Of a stretch of 64,000 nucleotides of DNA, positions 12,081 through 22,342 are shown in pieces. How positions within the stretch are numbered: position 1 is the stretch's first letter; each line of letters starts with the position of its first letter. The position numbers and the translations under genes are program-made. The DNA comes from Saccostrea cucullata (lineage: Eukaryota), in NCBI RefSeq assembly GCF_032062105.1, contig NW_026930525.1, forward strand, positions 186,001 to 250,000, in the 5' to 3' direction. Below the pieces are notes generated by a model. It worked only from the letters and a program-made list of their open reading frames with translations. It made no database searches and had not been told where the DNA came from.

Positions 12081-13748
12081 ATGGCAACACATGTTCTGAG
12101 CTGTCTTCTGCTTGCAGTATTTGTTCCTGCTAATGCCTTTTACCATGTAAGTTGTCCATCAATATTTTGATATTAAAATTAAATTAATATCATTGTTGCA
12201 TTGCATACATAATTATGTAAAATATGAGTTATATTGGTATTAAATGAAATACATGTACATCCTTTAATTTGTTCAATTTTGATTTTCTTCATTCTAGCAG
12301 TAAAAACAAGGCACGCAGAATGTAAAGTGCTTGTAAGAATAACTGTAATTCAAGGGCTCTTCATTTTGGCCGATACCAAATTTCATTCTGCATGAAAATA
12401 AAATTGATTTTTGATTTTTGTAGTCTCAGAGTTACTCCTGGGAAACGAATTTACCGAACGATCAGCTGGTCAATGAGTGTGCCCGATACTATCCATTGTT
12501 CAAGATAGCCCGCATTGCCTCCACCGATACCAGTCTGACTAACGCTGGCTATTTTACATCCCAAACTCAGTATGACATCAACAGGGTAAGATTATAGAAC
12601 TACTGTATTGTTTTAAACGTATTCAACAGATAAAAATAGCTCCACTTACCATGAATTTCTTTTTTTTTTCACAAATTAGTCCCCTCTTTATCCTCATTTG
12701 ATTTATTTAAAAAAAAAAAACATCTTAAGGTAAAAAAATATCTTTGTAATAGTCATTTAATTTGTATCACAGCGTACACTAATTTTCATGTAATATTAAA
12801 ACGAATGACAGGCAGTTTATATTTGCATGCTTATTATATATATGGATAACCATTAAGTAAAAATGCGCCAACACAAGTCTTGGATAAATTTTCAGAACAA
12901 AATGGCGATCCGATTCCACGTCCCCGTGGCAACCACGTCTACGCCGGTCTGCTTCGTTATGGACAGCAACGCCGTGGAAGAAGAGATCACTGGAGAGCTC
13001 ATCAACAGAGGCGACGTGAGTCTCCTGTAGATAAAATAAACTCTTAATCATTGGATTCTTATTAACTTTTGTTAAGACTTGTTTAGTTTTTAGCAGATAT
13101 ATTCTTTATATACATTCCACACAAATCAAACTATGAAATTTTATTGAAATGGAGGAAACGTTAATTAAAACTATAACTTGAGCAAAGATATAGGTCATTC
13201 TGATTAATATTAAACTGGTCTGATGCATATGTGTCGAAATTCTTAAATTACATTTAATATAGTCTAAAACATTTGTTACTATTTGTTGCGTAATGCCCAT
13301 GTATGATGAATATTCACTCTTGTCCAGATTATAACTTATCAAGATACATATGTAGCTCAGATATCAGTTGTAAATTTCAGGCTGGAGAAATTGAGACTGG
13401 GGAGGCCTTGACCCGCTTTGTTGAGGTGGCTGATAAACTGACCATTCACTCCTCCCTATCTAGTAATGGCTGGTTTACCACTGCTTTCTGTACTAAAGCC
13501 ATCAACAAGGGAAACGCTTACCTTATGAAAACCAGTGAGTATTAAAGAAATTATCTACATCTTTCTACTCTTTTTAAGAATTATTTTTAAAGATCACAAA
13601 ACATTTAAAACTGCTATTTTTTTCTTTAGGTTCTGTGGCCCAAGTGACCCAGTCATACAAGGTCAGTGGACAAATTGACCCATCTCAGCCAGAGCTTAAT
13701 GTGCCTTTCAACATCAATATCACTTCCGGAATCATATTCAACCCCTAA
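12081..13748 (+). CDS. Secreted BRICHOS-like domain protein A (about 206 aa, 5 coding exons)
   Basis: GT-AG exons 12081-12146, 12424-12585, 12896-13015, 13381-13534 and 13630-13748 splice in frame. Signal peptide MATHVLSCLLLAVFVPANA. BRICHOS-like pattern QYDINRNKMAIRF...VCFVMD...FTTAFC...AYLM. C-terminus QSYKVSGQIDPSQPELNVPFNINITSGIIFNP*. AATAAA at about 13897. Intron positions and phases match genes B and C. Confidence 0.8.
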
Positions 13749-14245
13749 AAAGGAACATTTCAAAAGAATGATGTTAAGAATAAGTAATTATACAAATATT
13801 TCTTGACAAAGCTTGAAACCGGTGACAACATATTTTGGATTTCATATGTGGAAGTGTGTTGTTTGTTTGTTTGTTTGGTTTTTTTTCTATTTTTGTAATA
13901 AATGATTGAAAACATTATCTTTTTATCATTTTCTTCATGGTGTTTGACCCTTTTTCATAATTTCTGGGATATTGTGGAGAAAGCATCTCTCATTTGCATG
14001 GAAAAGTGTACAGGGAGATGATAAATGGTAAATACAAACCCAGGTTCTTCTTCCTTAGAACCCCTGTGGCAAAAAGACGACGCATCTGTTAGAGAAATCA
14101 ATTAATCTTAAATACTTAGTACACTTAAGTTTCTACAAATCAATACCTCATGGAAAATTTTACAGCAGCGGAGATATATATGTAGTCTATCTAGAAACTT
14201 ATGATGTAGTTTGAATTTTGTTCAAATCACGTTTTTTAATCATTA

Positions 14246-14675
14246 AGGTAAGGTCACAATAGAGTATGTAACGTTGCAATTAAAATGTGACGTTGTTGCA
14301 TTGAGAATCCTCACTGAAATAGTGCAGCTTTTCGTGGAATTTGAATTCATAAAATTATTTCATAATTTCCAATTAAAATATAATTGATGTCTTGATTAAT
14401 TTATCGGTCAATTAATTTTGAAATGAAATTCAATTTTACGAAAGCAAGACTCAAAATTGTTGCAACTCTCTACTTTTCCACTGTAAAATTGATAAAAATC
14501 AAAGTTTTAATATCATTTCAAAATGAACATATCCATGAGTATTTAATACAAATTTCAAAATATCAAATGGCAAAAAATCTGCTGTTTTATATTATTGTTG
14601 CCTCTTCCTTAAAATGAGTTCAGACAAATTGTCGAAACGTCAAAAACAGAAATTTAAAGTAAACACAATTTCATG

Positions 14676-14721
<46 letters not shown>

Positions 14722-15843
14722 ATTTTTATAAAAATACTAACCCTAAACACTTCACAAAATATAGTTCAATAATCACTTACTATATACTTTTCTAGCACTT
14801 GACATTTGTTTTTCTAACAATTGTTCTCGTTATATAATTTTCTTTCTCAATTTTTAATGTCGTTTACCACTTAACTGTGCTTTCACAAAACAGCAATTCT
14901 GAAACGCCTATGTTTTCCAATTTTTTGTTCAGATTTTCCGGATAAACTGTTCCTTCTCAAATTGTCTTCGTCCGATACAGTGTCTGTCACTCAAAAGTCA
15001 TGTTGTAAATTTTACCAAGTGGTAGCTTCAAAATTTACAACATGACACAAATACCGCATGTACAATTTTTAAACGTATAATTATATGACTTACTTATATA
15101 TGACTTTTTTTTTATTCCTTTAACATATTTAGAGTTTATTCAGGATTTTTCCCGAGTATTAACATAAAATTGCAGTGTTATCTGCTCCGTGACGTTCAAC
15201 GTCATTATTTTTGTCGCGTTAAATGAGGACTTCCTATCTTCTCAAAATGATTTCTTTTCAAAGAAGCAAAATATTAATCCATAGTTTGGAATATGAACAA
15301 TGATGTAACTTCTTGAGTTAAAAGTCTAGGATGTTTTTCGTTTATGCTCCATTTTACTGAGAATATGACTATAAACATTATCATGTTCATTTATTGTGTT
15401 GTTTGTGAATTACTAAATTTTGACCTGCTCAGTGATCCAATTTTTGCAGTTTTTAATTCTGCATAGGTTTGAAAAAATTATAATTTGAAAAAAAAAGAAT
15501 TTATTAAAAAAATATTTCTACCAAATTTAGATAGCATATAACATTAAAGAAAAAAGATATGACCGGGGTCCACGAATTCAACTTTCCGAACAACCTTAAA
15601 TGTAATTCTATGCAGAAATCAGATTTTTTGCGAAACTGCTTTGGTATTCATAATACATTTGGCAAAACTGATGAAGTTGGAACACGGCGTTATAATCCTT
15701 TTCATTTTTCTGTTCTAGAATGTCTTATAAAAATCTGGGTTATACTGAGTGTGTAACTTCACGTTCCTGAATACAATTTGTTTTGTAAACAAGACATGTA
15801 CCTACAATTAAACAATTTTTCTCAACCTACAGTCACGTAACCT
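14246..15843. mobile_element. Possible old Kolobok-like DNA element
   Basis: Left end TTAAGGTAAGGTCACAATAG and right end CTACAGTCACGTAACCTT form a degenerate inverted repeat. Contains a poly(A) at 14680-14719. Confidence 0.25.
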
Positions 15844-18679
15844 TCCATAGATAGCTATATATGGTAGTATATAAAGTACTACTAGGTCGAGAAATTCATT
15901 CCACTATTCTGGTGCTGTTTTTGTCTGCCTAATTTTTGGCATGGTATCAGGAAGAAATTTTGGTTTCTTTCACATTTCCTGCATTAATTTTATCACAATC
16001 CCAGGCCCTGTTAAGAAACTTTGGTTCTTTTTTTTTTTTTTTTTTTTTTTTACTTCTTTTGCTATGTCATTGTGGATGTCCATAATATCTACATAAACTT
16101 AATTTAGCCTCTGTTGGTGACAAGTTAGATGCTCATTTGATATCAGAACGTTTTCATTTGCATATTTGTTCTATCTCACTTTTTAGGTAAATGCGTGCTA
16201 TATATCCTGTATTTATGGTGGTTAATGCGCTTAGTATTGTGTTAAATACATTTGCCAATTAAAAGTGTACATTACTCTGTTATGTTCAAGGATGATGTGA
16301 GAGAGCAAGTGGAAAAAACCCACTGTATGTTGCTTTGAACACAACAAAATTGAATATAATAATATCTTTATATCTTTCATAGTGAAATAAAACCTTGGGA
16401 GTATGTGTTTAGTCATGGCCGTTTAATTACAGATTGCCTGGGGATTGTTTGGTCACCGTGAAAATCATATCTGTTTATTGTGCATGATTTTTATGTCACG
16501 GTCAAATGACAATGCAATCATTGCTCCAGGCATTGTCCACTTTTCCGTCTCAAAATTCTTTTGCTTCACAGGAACCTTTACAATTTCATGTCCTTTGAAT
16601 GTAAGAGTAAGGAAACATTAAAAGAAATTTGTTACTGCACAGGAAAACGAATGCGTGAAATCTGGATGCGTTTTTTCTAAATGAGAAAAGAAGCATTGAA
16701 GAACGAGAGGTATGTATGTTCAAGACAGGTTATATTACACAGCATTTCAGTTGTCAGAAAAATTGTTCTTGTCTATGCCCTTTTTTCAAGGTTTGAAATT
16801 CCTATACGGTAAGGTGGGTTTCATACATAAAATCCTGTTTACTGAGATTCTATAGAATATATGTTACTGAAAATAATTATTTGTTATTTATGTTATTCAT
16901 TATTTTAAGCTCTTTATTAATGTTCTTTTTCGATATTGTACGGTACACATCCTCTTAAACTTGTCACTTTTGTTCTATGCATTCTTCAAGGTATTCAATG
17001 TTTTGCATTTTTCCCATGGTTGTTAAATATAGTATAAACTACGTACGCACTAAGATAGACAACGCCCCCTCCTTTGTCACCTTTATTGTTCTCTCGACAT
17101 AGTGTAATCGGTTTTACACAAGAGGATAATTTATTTTATAAGATACATAGATTTAATTGTGATTTGATTTGAAAAGGAAGAATTCAATAAAAAAAAACCT
17201 ATTTACGTATTAGTTAAATTTCACTATATTTTTATTAAGATAGTGAGATTTTTCTTTCATTCTCATTACTGGATTTTGGTACTCTTTTAAATTTTTTCCC
17301 AATATTTTTTTTATTTGCTTTCAAATCGCATTCAAAAGAAAACATTAAATAAGATGTGTTTTTGTGAGTTTATATTATAATCTTGCGTTTCCCGTCAAGC
17401 AAAGCAGTGCTTGAGCACGAAAAGGACACAAGGTACAAATGTACCTAAATGTTTTAGGTACGAATGGGCTTGTTAATTTTCTCGAAATTAAGAAAAGGAA
17501 GATATTGACCTGGACAATGACATCAAAACTGTCTTACCCTATAAATTCTTATTGTTTAAGGAAATAAAGAAAAGATATAGACTATACACAAAATTCTTTG
17601 TACAAATTAACAAGGCAAAGACATTTAAAATGAACAAAAAATAAAGAAAAATGAAAAAGTCACGATTTTTAAAACTATATACGCATATATAGTTCCTTTG
17701 AAATGCAATTTGCTATAAGATTGCTTTGTTAGTGAATACGTTCAAATGTGAATCGAGTACATGTATACCTATATTTATCATGAGGAGTGTATAGTCAAAG
17801 GACTTGAATAGGAACAATATTTTTAAAATAAAAATCAGGACACACCAGTCCTTGAGGAAAATTAAAGTATTTAAAAAAATATAATTTAACAAACTCAGTG
17901 AGTGTTTTCAGGTCCACCTGAAGTAATGGCTAAAGTGAGCATTTCAGATCAAATAGTGTGTCTCTGAATCATTTTGTTGTTTGTAAACGCTGATGGATCA
18001 TAGTATTACCATGATCATAACGAAGAATTAAAAATGAATAAATTTGAAAAAATTATAAAATTTTAGAAGGGGCATACTTTCTTTTTTCTAATTTTCCTTT
18101 AAAAATAATAACTTTTAAAACTTTAAGAACATATATGTTGGTTCAGAATGTTTTTGCAAAGTTTCTAATTTTGTTGTCGTTTTTGTTTTCGTTAATCATT
18201 TTAGTTTTTGTTCTGATAGTTGTTTGTTTAATTTGCTTATCTATTTTCGAGGTTTGCTGTTTTTATGGGAAAAACGCTCTCAAAATGATAAAAAAAGGAT
18301 ATGGAGTCATATATGTATAATTGATTTATATAAAGTTACCTTTTTATGGCTATTCTTCACAAAATCTAAATATACTATACATGTACATGAAGTAGATGAA
18401 CTAAAAGTACATTAAAATTATAGAGTTCTTCCTGATTGGAGTTATTCTCTATATTTAATTTATCCAAGTGTTCATTGTGACACAGAGAAAATCGTGATAA
18501 ATTCATATGTTGTCGACCTATGTATGATCCTGTTTATCATTCGAGGGTGTAAAAGATAAACGCAAGTGTTATGGAATTTTTTATCATTACCAGGATGGCA
18601 ACTTCCTCGGTTGCATTAGAAAGATCATGATATCGCTACTGAAACAGTGCAAGAGCTCGTAACATTTTCCTTCGGTCCC

Positions 18680-18687
18680 TATATAAA
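18680..18687 (+). promoter_or_regulatory. TATA box of gene B
   Basis: TATATAAA 46 nt upstream of the ATG, conserved in duplicate C at 22297-22304. Confidence 0.65.
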
Positions 18688-18725
18688 GCTTATAGTATTG
18701 AGATTAATTAGTAAATTGAGGAAAA

Positions 18726-20919
18726 ATGAGGTACGCGTTCACTTTCACTGTTTTACTCCTTTTTGTGGGGTTTGCGGAGATCCTTGGTCGCCCAGGCCGG
18801 GGACGAGGAAGACGCCCTGGGGGTAGGGGACGCGGTCGTCCCGGGGGTGACAGTAATGAAGACAGCAATGAAAGTCGTCCCTCCACCAGAAACAGAAACG
18901 TGAGTTAACATTGTTTGGACAAAGAAATCCTAAATAGAATTACAATAAGTTCTCTTCTCAACATAATTAATTAATATGTGGAGTCCTTCATATACTCTTT
19001 TATCGAGAAAAAACACGTTTATTTTAAATTTAAATAAATTTAAAGGATACTTTCAGACGTAAGCTTTTCTGCAATTTCTCTACTTCTATTGTAAGTATTT
19101 TATGATTATAAAATATTCTAAAAGGTAATAAAAATGTGAAGTAATATAAACGATAATATATAACTCTTAAAAATTAAAATCCTGACAGGTCCAAAAGTAT
19201 TCCTGGATGACTGATCTGGATGAACAAAACACCAATGTCGCGGTTGATGTAGAGGAATTTGCCCGTGTGCATTTGAACAAACAGTTGGCCGTACTGGTAT
19301 CTAGAGACAGACAACTGAGCGATGCCGACTTTGACAAACACCGCACAATGTTTGATTTTGCAACAGTATGTATTTGTATATTTGTTTCTTTAGCAATTGT
19401 GTTTTTTAGAAACTACACAGAAAAATATATTCAAAAAACTATCAAATCTAGTCGAGGAGCATCATCTTTAAGTTTAGCTTTCATTTCTAGATAAAACACT
19501 CCTCTGACAACATTGCTCTTTTTTGCCAATAATACAAAACAGTTTTGGTTTCAAACAGTGTCATTTATTAGAACATTTCAAAGTAACAGTTTCTGATCCC
19601 GTCCGTGTCTAGATCTCCTCTTTTGAATTAATTTTCCACCAATGATACAGTGTATCTTCAGTTTTGTCATCTTTGATCTCCAAGGGAAAATTAGGAATCC
19701 GTTTTAAGTTCCGAGTTCCCCCTGCCAGTCCGATCTTACCTGGTGAATCAGCAGACGATCCAGCCGACGCTGATGACAAAGGTGTAGAGGATATGTTGGA
19801 GGATGGTGATTTTGCCGATAAGGACTATCCTGCAGGATTTTTCGGTGGTCGTTTCAACCGGTTATTCCGATCCCGACCTGTTGATGTCTGCTTTATAGGA
19901 GACAGTTTGGTTAACATGACGCAAGCCATGGAGGAGTTTGACAGAAGGCAACAGGTATCTCGTTAATCATTCAAAAAGGAAACTAAAAGTTATAATAAAT
20001 GATAATAAAGAATAGAATCGATAGGTCCTCTATTTTTTTTGAAAAAATGCCATACTTGGATCTGTTTAGCACCAACATAATATAGTTCTCAATACGCAAT
20101 TCTAAGATGACACGTCAATTTCTTACTTTGTGAAATCTTTGAAAGTCTACAAGGTGATTCTGCTTGTCCAAAATATTATGCATAGTTTCATCATCATTTA
20201 ATTAGAAATGTTTTAAAAAATTCTTTATTCTATACAGATGGTTGAAATAGAAACTAGCGCAAGAGCAGCTTACAGTGTAGCAGCCGCTAACAAATTGAGC
20301 TCTGACCAACTGAATGCTATCAGTCCAGCCATCGCAAAATTCTGCTGTAGGGCTGCAAAGCTGGACAACGTATTCCAACTGACCGCCACAGGAATTGTGG
20401 GACCTTCCACATCCACCGTCCCCTCCCCGGCTTCTTCAACTTCCACCACCACCACCACCACCACCACTACCACCCAACCTACCACCACTACCACCCAACC
20501 TACAACTACTGGTGGTGGCATTCTTCCCAACAGACCATTCCATCCAGGTAAATAATGTTGTCAATTTTATGGTATGCATACTTTGAATTGTCAATTTTCA
20601 CCGGTATGAAAATTTCACATAATCATTTTTAATGACGAGATTGAGAAAAATATTCTTGAAACTGAAATAAAATTTCATGTGATTTTAAGTACTTGTCATC
20701 TTTAAAAAATGTTTATGAGTGAAGAAATTACCCCCTTAATTTTTTTTTTTAACAAGATTTATTTTTCCCCCCACTTTAGGGCTTATTGAAGTGAACCCTC
20801 CCGACTCCTTCCTTGCTTCTGGGTTCATGAATCTAGCCAACCCATCCTCGTCCATGCCCTTCCAGATCTCTTTGGCTTCTGACGTTCAACTGAACATGAG
20901 GGGAGGGCGAAAAGGTTGA
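18726..20919 (+). CDS. Secreted BRICHOS-like domain protein B (about 356 aa, 5 exons) with RG-rich N-terminus, acidic loop and Thr-rich linker
   Basis: Exons 18726-18899, 19189-19365, 19685-19954, 20238-20547 and 20780-20919 splice in frame. Signal peptide MRYAFTFTVLLLFVGFAEILG. BRICHOS-like TMFDFATGKLGIRF...VCFIG...ISPAIAKFC...VFQL. C-terminus DSFLASGFMNLANPSSSMPFQISLASDVQLNMRGGRKG*. Confidence 0.85.
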
Positions 20920-20939
20920 TTGATACTTAACAAAGAGAC

Positions 20940-21060
20940 TCAGGACTTCTATAGTATCAGTGATGCAGGACTTCTATAGTATCAGTGATGCAGGACTTCT
21001 ATAATATCAGTGTTGCAGGACTTCTATAGTATCAGTGTTGCAGGACCTCTGTAGTATCAA
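20940..21060 (+). repeat. 25-bp minisatellite in the 3' UTR of gene B
   Basis: About 5 copies of GCAGGACTTCTATAGTATCAGTGAT. Confidence 0.9.
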
Positions 21061-22296
21061 TAACTCCTTTCATTCGCTAACAATAGATGAAGGAGCCTCA
21101 TCTGAGTTGACAGTAAATGTATGAATGTAAATTTTAAGAAAAAATTGAGAGAGAGGTTTAAAGCAATAAAAATAGGTTTGAATGGTAAAGTTTTGTTTCG
21201 TTTTTTAAGTTTTCAGAAAAAAGTAGTGTTTCTATAAATTTTGTGCCAAAAATTGCCAATTGATTGCCCATTGCAAGACATAATTTCCTAGAATGTATAG
21301 AGTGCCTTCTTTGGTTTGAAAACTGATATAAGAACGTGCACGTGTATATGCATGTACATTCACTACTTTCTAAAACTACTACAAGGTACTATTTGGATTA
21401 GTATAGTCACTACAAACTATACTGAAATGTTTCAAAATGCATCTTAATATATAGAACGTGTTTTAAATCAAAATAAACTTGTTCACTAAGATTATATAGA
21501 ATATCCGTTACTGAAAAAAAGTATTTGTTATCTATGGTTTTCATTAATTTATGCTATTTATTAATGTTCCTTTTCAATATTGTACGGTATACATCCTTTT
21601 AAGCTTGTCAAATTTGTTTATTGCTTTCTTCAAAGCATTCAATGCTTTGAATTATTCCCATGGTTGTTAACTATAGTATAAACTACTTACGCAATAATGT
21701 AGACAACGCCCCCTCTTCTATCGCCTTTGTTGTTTTCTAACACAGTGTAATCAGTTTAACACAATAGGATAATTTATTTTATAAATTACATAGATTTAAT
21801 TGTGATTGATCTGGATAGGAAGAATTCAGTAAAAAAACCATTTATTGGGTTAACTTCACAAAATTATTAAGATGGTGAGAATTTTGTTCTCATTACTGGA
21901 TTTTAGTACCCTTTTAAATTTATATACAATTGATTTTTATACATTACCTTTTATGGCTATTTTTCACAAAATCTAATTATACTAGATGTTAGTAGGTGAA
22001 AATAAAAGTACATTTAGATTATAGAGTTCTTCCTGATTGAAGTTATTCTCTATATCTAATTAATCCACGTGTTCATTGTGACACAGAGAAAATGGAAAAT
22101 ATATCTAATCGTGATCAAGTCGAATCTTGTCGACCTATATAGGATCCTGTTTATCCTTCGAGGATGTAAATGATAAACGCATGCATTACGGAATTTTTAC
22201 TCATTACCAGGATGGCAACATCCTTTGTTGCATTACAAAGATCATGAAATCACTACTGAAATAAAGCAAGAGCTTGTGACATTTTCCTTCGGACAG

Positions 22297-22304
22297 TATA
22301 TAAA
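22297..22304 (+). promoter_or_regulatory. TATA box of gene C
   Basis: TATATAAA at the same spacing to the ATG as in gene B. Confidence 0.65.
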
Positions 22305-22342
22305 GCTAATAGTTTTGAAGTTGATTAGTAAATTGAAGAAAA

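Noticed and set aside
19056-19064. Possible 2-nt microexon (TTTCAG AC GTAAG) in gene B intron 1
   Set aside because: It would break the frame, and the donor is not conserved in gene C (TTTCAGATTTAAG).
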